Shown here: one piece after another, positions 50,637 through 63,801 of the stretch | Numbering within the stretch: position 1 is the stretch's first letter | Layout: the number at the start of each line of letters is the position of its first letter | Assembly: GCA_002189035.1 (NCBI GenBank) | Contig: NEEC01000019.1 | Location: forward strand, 806,001 to 870,000 | Source of the DNA: Utricularia gibba | Lineage: Eukaryota; Plantae; Magnoliophyta | Length of the DNA stretch: 64,000 bases | Direction: 5' to 3' | Notes under the pieces: generated by a model | What the model saw: only the letters and a program-made list of their open reading frames with translations | Told to the model about the DNA's origin: nothing | Database searches by the model: none | Program-made: the position numbers and the translations under genes

Positions 50637-53384
50637 TCGATGATGCGACCTCCGCCGATGCGATGATCCTCCCCTTTTGACCGTTATGCCGCCGGGTTCG
50701 CCGTTTTGAAGTTAGCCAGGTGCATTGTGTCATCTCATGTCTGTAAATGACCCACTTATCCCCCAGATGCGCTGTTTCTTCCTCCTGTTGTGTTAATTGG
50801 CTCCATGCCACACTTTTTTTTTCCTGAAATTAATAAAAATAAAGCACTAAAATCTTTTATGACGTCATTAAAACTGAATTTAAATACTTTCAAATAAAAA
50901 AAATACCAAAAAAATGTGTATCTAAATTAATGCCACATTATAGGCTAAAAAGGTGGGGTGCGTCGCAAATTCTTCGGGAATGTTCCTTTGGATGGCGGAA
51001 CAAGATTAGAACGGGAATTGGGAAAAAAATTTTAGTTGCGCTGGGGCCCACACGTTAGCAATGCAAAAACCGCTCACCAAAACCAGGGGCGCCGATGGAT
51101 TGTCGAGGGCCATCCAAATCGTGCCACGTGGTACATGTAACATGACGTGGCTTCTTGCCAGCCAGTAGTGTAATCCACTAAATCTTTTCCTTGTTTACCA
51201 AACGACGGCACCCCTTGTTGGGCGGATGTCATGGTCAGCTTTCTAAATTCATTGTAGATTTTGTTGAGGTCTTTTCGCTTTCATTTCTTGTATGGAGTCC
51301 GAATTGGGAATTCATTTCGAGATACCCGAATCTGAGTTGGGGTTTAGGGTTGCATTTGTCAATAAAGGAAACCCATTAAATGAACCCAAATGTGAATTGA
51401 TGTATGTTTTTAAAGTAATTAGTGTATAATTTAGTGATATTAGGGATGTGAAAAAATGGAAGTTAAGTCTTATACGAAATAACATTTTAATCGCATTTAT
51501 TAATAATTATAAATGAAAGTTAAATCTTATATGAAATAACATTTTATTCATATTTATTAATAATTATATTTTAGAATCAATTGCAACCAATAATTAAAAA
51601 ATAATGAAAAACTTAATATTTTTGGCATCAATTAGATGCAATAAGATTAAGAATTGAGAGGACATCATATTCTGATTCTATATATGGATTGCAAATAAAT
51701 CATTGATGGAGAAGGTTACAAATGACATGTGGGTGTAAAATACAATATACATAGTAGTGACTAGAGGTTGCATGGTAACATAATTTCGAAAATTGAACGA
51801 ACACTTATAATGGATTTTATCACTTCAAAAGAACACACGCAAGATAAATAATATTCACACAAAATGAAAAAATTTTAAGACAAAAATAAGTGTCATGTAT
51901 AACTCATAACAGTATGAGAAAAATGATATAAATGTCATATTTAAAGTATTAATCAGGAGAGATAGGTGTCCAAGAGGATTAAAATATATGATGATGAGTT
52001 AATAATATATTACTAATTACATAAAATATGAATCAACATATGCTAGCGTTTGCTATATTCGAAAAAATTATAGGATGTGATGGACAAAAATTTCATGAAG
52101 AATGTCGTAAAATGAAATTCTCGTATTAAATAAAATTTATATACCATAATTCATATGAAATATTGATCAAAGAAAAAGTAAAATGGGTTTTAATGACGAA
52201 CGCAAGAAGATGGTACCTGTAGTATATTAAGTTCAAGTTTAGTTTTAATTCACAATTGATACTAACAATAACATAACATTATAGATAAGAAATCACAAGT
52301 AACCATACAACAATCTCTTAATGTTAAAATTACCAAACTTAAATTTAGAATGAAATGAAGCAATCTGCTATGTTTAAGTTGAATATAATGAAGTGGAACC
52401 TTTTTCAAGCCATTTGAAAGAATGGTTGAGTGACAACTTGAGTACTTAATGGAATCAATAGGACATATGTGTATGATTATAGATTCTTATATTAAAAATT
52501 TTATCGAAAATTAAAAGAGTTATACATATTATTTCGCATGTCTCATTTTGGACAATTTGAAATCAAAACAAACTACAAACATTTCAAACAAATCGTATGT
52601 ACATTAATAAAGGTACTGGAAAAAATACACTTGCATCAATTGATAAGTATTTAATGGTTTTAACTAGTACAATTAGGTAACTAATGCATTGAATGTTTTG
52701 AAAAATTAATTAAAAGGAATTAAATAAATTTTTATAAGGTAGAAGCGATTCTTGAAATAATAATTAATTCTCTTATGAAAAAAGCAGTTTATGATACCTT
52801 GCTTGTCTAAACATTACGATTCTAATTAGAGGGGCAGATTTTGCATGTCAATATAGGGGGAACAAAATTAATTTCAAATGTTAAAAGTTCAATTTAGTAA
52901 AAGAGAAAAAAATGATAAAAACCAATTATATAAAAATCAAATTTTAATATTTTTTAAAAAACATAATATTAGTGATATATTTTTTTTAAATAAAGTAGAC
53001 GAAGTTCACTTCAAGCATTCAATTAATTCTGTTTTACATTCTATTCTTTTAAAAAAAATGTATCATATAAAATTAATAGTGTTCTTCTATCTAAACACAT
53101 TATTTCCCTTATTCGTAAACAATATGAGATATTACAATTAGACACTTGGCTCTAATACTAAATCTGATATTTTTTAATCAAGTTTACAATATGATACTTT
53201 AAGAGATTATTTTATAGGGAATAAACATAATGGTATCAACATGTTCTTATTAGTGACTCATTAGAACAAATATTTTGAATTTTCCGACCGAAATGCAAGA
53301 AGAGATTTGCCAATAATTCCAAAGAGTCATTAAATGTGAATGTCGGAATCCAATCCCTTATTAGAGATGCGCCCGTCGGATGGT

Positions 53385-53833
53385 TCAGGCAGCAATAGCA
53401 GCGGCAGCAATCTTCATCCCCGACGCGCAATGTCCCGGAAAGGTACAGATAAAGAAGTTGGGTCCTTTGGCAAGCGTTATGCGATCGTTCCCGCTGAAGT
53501 AAACTCTGGATCCCGGCGTCGCACTGCAACTGGAGTAGCCACGCTCGTCCACCGCCACCACGTTGTGGAATAATGGACTGTACTTGAAAACTGCCGCAAA
53601 AACAAAAAGCAGTCCAGTGGTTTAAGGAACAGAAGAACTTATTTGTCGTGTTGTTTACCGAGAGTGTCGCCGGCCCTGAACAGCTTCCCGTACGTCCAGT
53701 CGGTGACGTTGTAAGTCCACCCGGCATTGCCTCCGACCACATACGTGGCGGCTTCCGTCACGCCGGAATGGAGGAGCAAGGCCATCGCGACGGCCAGGGA
53801 CACCAACGATGCACTGTGCTGCCTCTGGGCCAT
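53385..53833 (-). CDS. ARPN: Plantacyanin / basic blue protein, copy A (intact). Exons 53833-53659 and 53590-53385.
   Basis: Signal peptide, ATYVVGGNAGWTYNV...FRAGDTL|VFKY...FHNVVAV...C...GPNFFICTFPGHCASGMK. All four type-1 Cu ligands (H, C, H, M) and both disulfide Cys are present. TATAAAT at ~53872-53878. Confidence 0.92.
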
Positions 53834-55566
53834 TTTTTCTTGCAGTGCAACAGCCGCCTCCACACTCTCAATTTATAGAGAAACCGCTTCAATGCCTTGG
53901 GACAGATTTTTCTTTCGGATGACTTAGGACAGATATTTTGTACTTTTGCAACCATCATGGACTAAAATATAATAATAATAATTGGTAAGTTCAAGATCCT
54001 AGAATGAAAATGGATAAATAAAATGAATTGTTGTTATATAATTTTAAAAAGAGATTGCATCATGAGTAATATATTTTATTGCAAACTGAGAAATTACTTG
54101 TAATAATATACATGACAGTTCAGACAAGATTTGATCTTTAATTTCTGAAATCTTTAGAAATAAAAAATTAAGGAATTTGAAGAAATGAATTGAAATAAAC
54201 AAGAAATAAGGACATTATTAGAAAAAAATTTCTAAAATTATAATGAAAAACTAAAATAAGCAAAATGGTTCATTTTCCATTTATGTCTTATCTTTTAGGA
54301 TGAAAATTTTAATTTACATTTTGAAAAATGAAAACTAAATATATTCTTAAAAATTATTCATTTCAATGTTCTTTGTCTATGAAAATTCTCAAAAAAAAAT
54401 AGCTATTTGGATTATTGCATGAAATTAATTGTATTAGAACCAAAGGCAAGTGCGACAAAATGGCAATGAATGCCATTATTACGCTAATTTAATTTGTGTA
54501 ATAAATATTTGAAAAAATGAATTAAAGACATTTGGCTTATTATGGCTCCAAACACCATAAACAATTAATTAAATCTACATTTGAATTTTGATATGTTAAT
54601 ATCATATGAAGTAACCTATTTATTCACATTTATTAACAATTATATTTTACAATCAGTTGAAACCAATAATTAAAGATTAACGAAAAAATTATTAATTTTG
54701 ACACAAATTAGATGCTATAAGATTAGGAATTGAGAGGACATCATATTCCGATTCTATATATGGATTGCAAATAAATCATTGATGGAGAAGGTTACAAATG
54801 ACATGTGGGTGTAAAATACAATATACATAGTAGTGACTAGAGGTTGCATGGTAACATAATTTCGAAAATCGAATGAGCATTTACAATGGATTGTTATCAC
54901 TTCAAAAGAACATACGCAAGATAAATAATATTCACACAAAATGAAAAATTTTTAAGACAAAAATAAGTGTCATGTATAGATCTATAAATCACGGAAGTAC
55001 AAGAATATGATATATAATGATGAATCAATCATATACTACTAATTACATAAAATATGAACCAACAAGACATGTTACCTTTTGCCATGTTCAAAAAATGTAT
55101 GAGATGTGATGGACAAAAATTACATGAAAAGTGTTGTAAAACAAAATTCTCGTACTAAATAAAATTTATATACTATAATTCATATGAAATACACATCAAA
55201 TTAAAATGTAAAATGAGTTTTATGGATGAACACAAGAAGATTATTCATTGTAAACTGTAAAGTTTATGCATGTATGAGGTCAAATTCAACTTTAATTCAA
55301 AGCTAATACTAATAGTAATATAATAACATAGATACCAAATTTGGATGCCTTATAGATTTCAGAAGTGGTGATTGCTTAGCTTTTGTTCTTTAAATTTTAA
55401 AATATTTTATATATTATTTTCGATGTTTAATCTTCCTGTTTTTCATAAAACACCTTAAACTTAGATCTATTAAGGTAAATAGGATTAGTTCTATTTGGAA
55501 CAATTCATCTTTATCCAATAAAATCAATATATGAACTCTTATCCCAAACATTTGATATAACTTTAA

Positions 55567-55858
55567 GGGGTCATAGAGATTATAGAGAGTATATATTACA
55601 TATATACAATTGTTTGATTAATTAGTATACGTATACAAATTTTGAATAACTATATCATTGATTTACTCATTTTTTGAGTATATGAATAATATATACAAAT
55701 GGAGAGGGGGGGGGGGGAGGGGGAGACTTAGTTATATATATACCATTGATATACTCAAACTTCTATTCTGACATATTAAACATTATTGATAATTGAGTAT
55801 ATACGTGTTCAATTATATTCTGTTTAAACATATTAATACTTTGCTATCAAACGACCCA
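55567..55858. mobile_element. Tourist-like MITE, copy 2 (same family as 10472-10799)
   Basis: TAA flanks. Ends GGGGTC... and ...ATCAAACGACCCA. Shares internal words TGTTTGATTAATTA, AATATATACAAAT.GAGA.GGGGG and CAATTATA with copy 1. Confidence 0.55.
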
Positions 55859-56175
55859 TAAATGGAGTATCTTACATAAAAAAAGAGTCGTCTCTAATCC
55901 TAAAACTCATATTTTTAAATAAAGTTTATAATAGGATACCTTAAGAGCTTATTTTCTAGGAAACAAACATATTGGTATCATATTAATGACTCATTAGAGC
56001 AAATATTTTTCATTTTCCGACCGAAATGCAAAATGAGAATTTTCAATTAATTCCAAGGAGTCATTAAATGTGATTGTCGAAATCCAATCCCTTGTAACAC
56101 GAATCCAGCAACACCAGCAATGGGGAACAAGAAACCTCCTGCCTGAACTTATTAGAGATGCGCGGGTTGGATGGG

Positions 56176-56607
56176 TCAGGGAGCCATAGCCGGGGCTTCA
56201 AGCTTCATCCCCGACGCGCACTGTCCCGGAAAGCTACAGATGAAGAAATTGGGTCCTCTGGTCAGCTTTACGTGATCGCTCCCGTTGAAGTAAACTTTGG
56301 ATCCCGACGGCACAGTGCAAGTGACGTAGCCATGCAAGTCCACCTCCACCACGTTGTGGAGTGATGGATCGTAGTTGAAAACTGCCGCAAAAAAAAAAAA
56401 AAAAAAAGCAGTCCAGTGGTTAAACAACAGAAGCGATAACCCTGTCTCTATCTAGTTTTGGCCATTGTCGTGTTGTTTACCGAGAGTGTCGCCGGCCCTG
56501 AATATCTTCTGATTCGACCAGTCGGAGAGGTTGTAAGTCCACCCGGCATTGTCTCCGACCACATACGTGGCGGCTTCCGTCACGCCGGAATGGAGGAGTA
56601 AGGCCAT
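56176..56607 (-). pseudogene. Plantacyanin copy B: 5'-truncated, His-to-Gln at a Cu ligand. Exons 56607-56481 and 56381-56176.
   Basis: Homology to copy A stops abruptly at ~56617, so TATA, the original ATG and half the signal peptide are missing. Exon 2 reads FICSFPGQCASGMK (H to Q). The remaining frame is open. Confidence 0.7.
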
Positions 56608-57856
56608 CACGACGGCTCTTTTGTAAATTGACTAATTACTTTGAAATAATATATAAATGCAGTTCACACAAAAATTTGAATTTTTATTATATGAAACTTT
56701 AGAAATGAAAAATTAGAGAAAGAATTTGAAGAAAAATAGATAATAAAAAATGATATTATTGGAAAAAATTTGATAGCATAAGAATGAAAAATCAAAATGA
56801 GCAAAATAATTCAATTTACATTCAGGTGTTATTTTGAAAAAATAATATTCAAAATGTATGCAGAACCTAATTTCATTGTACATAGTATATTTCAATGCCC
56901 TTTTCTATTAAAATTTTTTTAAAAATACATATTTGGGTTATTACATCAAAATTAGTAACACATATAATGTTTTTTATTGGCCCTTCAAATAATAATAAAA
57001 ATAAAAAAATGTTTTTGTTCCTCAAATTTGATGATAAAAAATAAACACAAATTGAAATGAAATTTCTAAAAACCACATTGCGCTTACATCCAGTTTTTTC
57101 GGGTCATTTAGAAAAGTGACAATCAAACCTTTGTCTCTTAAATACTAAGAACAAATTTTTACACATATGATAGACCATTTTTTTCACACACTCAAAAAAT
57201 AGTAGTCACTTTTATAATACATCCTAGGTCGTCCACTCAATTACAAAAAACAAAAAAGTGGGACAAAATGGTATGGATGCATGGATTACCCTAATTTCAT
57301 TTGTGTAATAAATATTTCAAAAAAAAATAAAACCATTTGGCTTATTATAGCTCCAATGTTTGCAATTCTAAATATGCATATGTTAAAAACTATATCTATT
57401 TGTGAATATATTCTTTAATTTTTAAATACATGTGTATAATCATTTCAATTATATTTATCGAAACTCTTCTTCAACGTAAACATTCTTAATCAAGTAAATA
57501 TAATTTTAAAAAATGGCGTAAAACCTATATATTTTTAATTTTAACCATACAGTATATGTTTATCCAAACATAAATATTTCGTATAGAGTACATGTATTCT
57601 TCATGTATTGTAGTATACTTGTATCTATCCCTTCGATTCAGGTATGTAAAAAAATGACTATAATTCCCGGTCAGAGATGAATAAGCATCATAAAAATTGT
57701 TCTAAAAAGGCAATGCAATTTGCAAGTAAGAAAAATATGGAAGGAAAAAGGAAATAATTTGACCTGCAATGCACTAAGAAGAAGGAGAAGTATTTAATTA
57801 GGGTTTTGCGTTTGGCACCTATAAATTGGGCTTCTGAGTTGGTAGTTGTAGTTAAG

Positions 57857-58258
57857 ATGGGCGTGATCGCGTTTGTTCTCGACTCCGGCGTGGCCCACTC
57901 CGCCGCCTACGTCGGAGGAGACAATGCTGTTCGGTGCAGGGGGCGAGCCGGTCAAGGAAGGCGACATTCTAGCTATGATACGATTTTCTTCTGAAAGCTG
58001 AGGGGGCCGAGACTCCTACTGTCCCCCTTTGGACTCCGCCATGGAACGCAAAACTCCATGATGGTAGCGACGTGTATAAACCTCGTTGGCCACAACCTGC
58101 CCGCGGCGGACCTGCTCGGCCACTCCAGCTGCACCCTGACGCTCGGTTTCCCGGTTTCCCAGTGGAGTAAACTCGTCAAGGGGTAGAAGTTCTTCATCTG
58201 CGGTGTTCCGGAGGATTGCGCGCATTGGATGAAGAAGACTGCGCTTAGTGCAGTGTAA
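57857..58258 (+). pseudogene. Plantacyanin copy C (degenerate)
   Basis: Remnants FVLDSGVAHSAAYVGGDN, EPVKEGDIL (frameshifted), GHNLPAADLLGHSSCT and KLVKG*KFFICGVPEDCAHWMKK. There is an in-frame stop and the Cu-ligand His is replaced by Asp. Confidence 0.75.
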
Positions 58259-58737
58259 TAACTATACAGAGATAACCATTGAGTGGTGTTGAGACTTGCA
58301 ATAGCGTGGTGGCGGTGAACTTGTATAAAATCCCACTGCGGATTTTTTTCGCTAAGTTTCAATTGTAGTCAATAATGCAATAAATATGAGATGATTTAAG
58401 TTCTGTTTATTTAAGTGATTTTGTTGGAACAAAAACTATTTTAAAAACTAATATAAATTCTTATGAAACGTTAAAATTTCATTTTATTGAAGTGACCTAA
58501 CATAAAATAATGAAGCGTTAAATATCCGATAGAAATAATGTGAGATAAAAAAAGTATTTTTGAATTAAAAATATTGAAATGCTTCAAAATATCATAAAAA
58601 CGGGTATGAACCTACTTCAAAAAAAAAAACATTGAAACGCTTCTACTTAAAAAAAAGGAAAAATTATTTATATTTTCAATGAAATTCACTTCAAGTATAC
58701 TTAATTTGAAGTAGAACCTTAAATAAACAAACCTTTA

Positions 58738-59702
58738 GGGCGCGTTTGGTTGCTGAGTTTGGTCTAAACCCAGGTTTCGTTTATTTGTGTTTAGATAACC
58801 AGATTTCATGGATTTAAAGGTTGTAATACGTGTTTGGTTGATGATTTTAAATTATTTGGGTTTAAGATAAATACATGTTTGTTACGTGGATTTAAAATTG
58901 AGTTTTTGATGATTTTCATATGAAATTACCAATATACCCTTTAGTTAATTAAAATAAATTATCATATATTTTATTTTTCTATATCATTTTATAAGTTCAA
59001 TCGAACACCGCATAACATAAATTACAGTGCTTAGTTGAAACTTTATTTTATAACAAGCACTGAGTAATAATAAACACGGTGCTCGTCTTCAAAACGAAAA
59101 TTCACATTTTACAGCAAGCACCGGATAATAATAGACGCAGTGCTCGTCTTCAAAACGAAAACTCACATTTAGCACAAAAAATGAAAACCCAGAATATTAG
59201 ACATGCTGGTATTATTTTCATCTTTATCTTTTTCTTTGTCTTCATCTTTTTCTTCTTTATTTTCTTATTCTTCTTCTTCTTTCTCTTCTTCTTCTTCTTT
59301 TCTTCTTATTCTTCCTTTTCTTCTTCTTCCTTTTCTTCTTCTTCTTCAATAGATTTGAACAGATATGAACAAATTTGTTACAAATCTAAATAAATATGCT
59401 ATAGATCTGTAGGAATTTTAACTTTTTAAAAAAATTGGTAAATAGATCTGTGCATCTGGTTTCTGGTAAATCTGCATTCAAATGTGGTTCACGTGAAGGT
59501 AAAAATGGAAGCGCCGGCTGGGTTTAGCTAAATCGACCCCCCCCCCCCTTGGGTTTAGCTAAACCCAGCTCCACGGATTCCCGCCTGGTTTATGGTTAAT
59601 AGATAGAGTTTATTTTTACTCACCTGAAATCTACGAACCAAACGTGAGTTTATGTCTAAACCCACGCCGCAATTCACCTAAACCCAACTACCAAACGCGC
59701 TC
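58738..59702. mobile_element. Non-autonomous PIF/Harbinger element (965 bp)
   Basis: TTA target-site duplication at 58735-58737 and 59703-59705. TIRs GGGCGCGTTTGGTTG and CTACCAAACGCGCTC resemble the PIF GGGCCCGTTTG consensus. Internal GTGCTCGTCTTCAAAACGAAAA repeat and CTT microsatellite (~59210-59345). No transposase ORF. Confidence 0.85.
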
Positions 59703-59981
59703 TTACTATACTTTTGTTCAACCATCAGCAAAAAAAAATCAAGGATATAGATCATTCTAAAAACGAAAAAATCAGAATAATTTTAATTGTAACTATTAGA
59801 ACAAATAATGGAAATTAAATTAAAATGTTTAAATATATAAGAAATTATATATTGATAGTAAGTGATTTAATTTAATCTTTTTTAATATAATTCATATTTT
59901 TTGTGTATAAGTTTTATATATAATCCTTCAACCTATTGAATACTTAATTTCAACAATATTCAATAAAATAGAATTAAACGC

Positions 59982-60500
59982 TGTTTTGGAAAAAAATTTA
60001 AAAGTTATTTTTACTTTTTAAAAGGTAAAAATAATTTTTTTCTATAACAATATCAATTGTAAAGTAATTATATTAAAAGTAATTTTAAAATTATACTACA
60101 AAAATTATTTTTAGAAATATAAAACAGTATTTGAAAAATTTTTTGGAAACTATTTTTATTTATTTAAAACTTTTTTAGAAAATAGAAAAAAAGTAAAGAT
60201 AACTTACTTCTTACATGTTTAAAAACAATTTTTGTAGTATAAATTGAAAATTATTTTTGGTGTAATTATTTTTATAATTGATAGTGTTTTAAAATAAAAT
60301 TATTTTTATTTTTTGAAAATTAGAAATCTATTTTTACTTTTTCATTTATTTCTTTGCTATGAAAAATAATTTTACATATATTTTTTTATAGTTTTTTAGA
60401 ACAATTACAATTTCTTTATATTTGTATGAATTATTTTTAATTCTCTAAATTATTTTTTTAAAAAAAAGGAAAAATATATTTAAAAATTTTTCCAAAACAT
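59982..60500. mobile_element. AT-rich foldback/MITE-like element with long imperfect inverted repeats
   Basis: TGTTTTGGAAAAAAATTTA at 59982 pairs with TAAAAATTTTTTCCAAAACA ending 60500. Internal TATACTACAAAAATT (~60093) is inverted at ~60228. A partial related copy lies at ~60870-61070. No TSD found. Confidence 0.45.
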
Positions 60501-61840
60501 TAATTTAATGTAAATATTAAATCACATGAATAAAGTAGTCTAACAAATAAAATAATTATGATGAAAACAATACTAAATAGATAGAAATATTATCATCGTT
60601 AAGCTTGTTACCTTCACATCTTTTAAAATTCTTGTGATCACATGAAACGAAGGCTTGTAATATTACTTGCAAAAGTTTTGGAATCGTTGTTACAAACTTG
60701 ACATCCTCTTGTTCAAACGACTTATACTGTCGTGAGGCATAATTACTCGTTGATCGAAATGAATAATATTATTATAGATTTATCAACAACTTGCATTCTA
60801 GTTACTATAATTTCCAACATCTTAGTCCAAAAATGAATTTGGAAACTTATGCACTGTTCTAAAAATTTTTTGAATTATATTTCTATTTTTCAAAAATAAA
60901 GTAATTTTATTTTAAAAAAATATCAATTGTAAAGTAATTTTACCCAAAATATTTTTAAAATTATATTAAAAAAATTATTTTTTAAAAAGTAATTAATAAT
61001 TTACTTTTATTTATTATTTCTAATTTTCTAAAATATTTTTTAAAAATAAAATAATTTTCAAAAATTTTCCATAACATTACTTTACTGTATGATGTAAAGT
61101 CCATAAATTCAAATGGCCTTGTTGTTATGGGCTTTGAGGGTCTTGGTATAATAAGCACACTGAGTACCATTGTTAATTATTATTTGATTATTGCACGTTG
61201 ATGATGATGCCCCTCTGCGAAAAGTTGTACTTGTACAATAAAACAAGATGATTGATGTCCGATAATGACATTAATTGTAATAAACATGTATACCATAGTC
61301 ATGGGGCGACACTATCAACCTTATTTCCTCATCGTACATTAAAAAAATACGCATGCGGAAAATCGGGAGTGAGAAGGAGAGTAACTTTGGGTTATGATTG
61401 GGTTCTATTTGGTTATGTTTTTCTAAAATTGATTTTAATAAAATGGAAGGTGTGTCTCAATATATTTTTCAAATTTTTGATTTTTTAATTTTTTAATAAG
61501 AATTATTCGTGATTGATAACAAAATTGTTCATGAATCATTTTTTTTTAGAGATATTAATTATTACAAAAAACCAATTTCACTTTTGAAAATGAGAATAGA
61601 ATATTAAAGTATATAAGAAAATGTGATTCATTATATTTATTTTGAAAAAGTATTTTTTTTTTTGAAGAAATAATCGTCATAAAATATAAATGAAATTTTT
61701 AATTTATTAAAAATTAAAAAGTGCATTGAACTTTTTATTATGCTGATTTTTATTATGTACAGACAGAATTATTTTTATAAAGTTTTTAAAAAAAACATAA
61801 ATGTTTCAAATACACGTGTACTTGTTTTTAGGATTCTGAG

Positions 61841-62132
61841 AAAAGAGGCAGGGAAAGGAAGTTCTTCGTTCCGGCACGGAGCCGACGACGTTGGCCGTGC
61901 CTTGAGGGCCGGCGACATTCTTCGCAGTAAATTCCAATCAGTCATATCATGTGTTTGTAAAATCATCTTATTTATCAGTTAAGTTATTTTTAGACGGCGA
62001 TGTGGTGGCGGCAGAGCAGCGGGGCTGCTCCGGCGGCACCATGACGCCGGAGCTGAATTGTAGGGCACCGGAAAGGATCCAATAGCACTTGCCAAAGGTC
62101 AAAACTTGTTTATATGCAGGTTTGCCGGTTGA
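61841..62132 (+). pseudogene. Plantacyanin copy D (heavily degenerate)
   Basis: GRALRAGDIL, then a 67-nt GT-AG intron (61927-61993, matching the 68-nt intron of copy A), then DVVAAEQRG and DPIALAKGQNLFICRFAG*. No start codon; frameshifts and stops present. Confidence 0.65.
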
Positions 62133-63801
62133 TGATGTTTGAAAACATCAATCTAAAATTAATTTCAATATAGTTAAATATTTTTAAGAATTATTATTGT
62201 ATAACTGATTCATATTTGAAATTTAAAAAATGATAATTTTTTTGTAATTAAATGAATTTATTTATAAATATTCATATTTTATAAATAATTTATATAACAA
62301 AATATTATAATATAACATTTTAAAAATAGATTTATAAATTATTTTAAATAGATTTATATTAAAACTATAGTTATATAAATAATTTATATAATAATTTAAA
62401 TAGGTTTATATTAAAATTATAATACTTTAATAACTTATTTAAATAAAAAATCATTATAAAATTATTCATTTTAAAAGTTAATAATTGTAATAGAGGTATA
62501 TTTGTAAATTTGTATTCCAAATTAATTATGTTGAGGGCAAGAATCGTTATCCGAGAGGAAGCCGATTTTTGGGTTATGGGTGCATCCGGATATGCCGCGC
62601 CTGGTTAAGTTTGTGGTGTTTCGCTCGGTTCGTTTTAGCATAAATAAAGATAGACGGAGATTTTTACATGAAAATCATCGAGAAATGGAAAAATCACAGA
62701 GCTGTCGAGACTCGTCGGAGAAATGGTTTTCACTAGACGAAAGTGAGGAAAAATACAAGTCGGAAGGGGTAGAGTCGAACCTTTTTATCTTCAATGTTTT
62801 TCATACTTATAGGAGAGACCGATCTGATCGAATCCTGAGTTTTGCAGATATCGACCGCTTTCTGTACCTGTAATATGTATTGTGATTTTACTTTTCAGAT
62901 TATCGTCGCCTGCTCTATTGTAATTCAGCCACTTTTCAGACTGTGCAAAATGGACACTACTGTCTAATCTCTGACAAATATTGGTCTATCGATCGGTACC
63001 AGGTTGTTATGACACATTTTGGCTCTTTTTCAGAGACTGATTATTCACATCCGATTTGTACCCCATCAAATTATAAAAAATTAATTCTCACATAAAATTT
63101 ATAAGTCTTTAAATTATAATAGAATTATTTTAAATCATTTACGAAATAAGATAATTGAGTAAATATTTGAAAAAGAAAATTAGTTCATACACAAATTCAT
63201 TAATTCTTTGAAAAGATATGATTGTTGTGTCAAATGTGTATGCGTTGACTTATGGGTAACTTATTATTATTGAAGGAAAAATTAATTATAACGTGTGTCT
63301 GATGTGTAATTTTATTTGTACAGAATATTATCAAATAATGATAATTACTTGAAATATTTTAAATAATTAACAAAGATAATTTATATAAAATATTATAATT
63401 CGAAATTGATGGTGAATTAATTTACAAAAAATAAAACTTTGGCGTCACTTTTTAGGAGAGGAGAAGGCTTTTGGACAAAATGAGCGTCGGTAAAGACAGG
63501 GATGGCCGGCCGCGCCTTAAAGGCACCAAACCAAAAGTCCAATTCCGCAGAAGCGCTTTCTTCACTGGGACCCACTTCTGCATTTCTTTTCCGCGCCATT
63601 GTATTATTTATTATTAAAATAATAGAATAATTTGATCCCAGACCGGCCGAGTCACTCTTTCTCGGACGGGTTTCATGGAGTAACTCGGTTTCCCGGTTCG
63701 CAATTAAATGCCATGAGGAGGAATATTTTCTCTATAAATACGACTGGAGTGGTAGTGGGAGTGGCAGAGGGAGTTGCAGGGAGGACTGAGAGAGCTTACA
63801 G

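Larger units (their letters stand above)
51560..57360. repeat. Direct tandem duplication of a ~3-kb plantacyanin-containing unit (unit 1 ~51560-54550, unit 2 ~54640-57360)
   Basis: Near-identical blocks: GAATTGAGAGGACATCATATT..GATTCTATATATGGATTGCAAATAAATCATTGATGGAGAAGG at ~51650 and ~54728, GACTCATTAGA.CAAATATTTT..TTTTCCGACCGAAATGCAA at ~53256 and ~55988, ATTTGGCTTATTAT.GCTCCA at ~54530 and ~57335. Confidence 0.85.

Noticed and set aside
51620-52300. Possible MULE transposase remnant within the duplicated unit (also ~54700-55340)
   Set aside because: Only vague resemblance (DVMDKNF) among many stops, with no TIRs identified.
59079-59393. 104-aa Phe/Ser-rich ORF
   Set aside because: Produced by the CTT microsatellite inside the Harbinger element.
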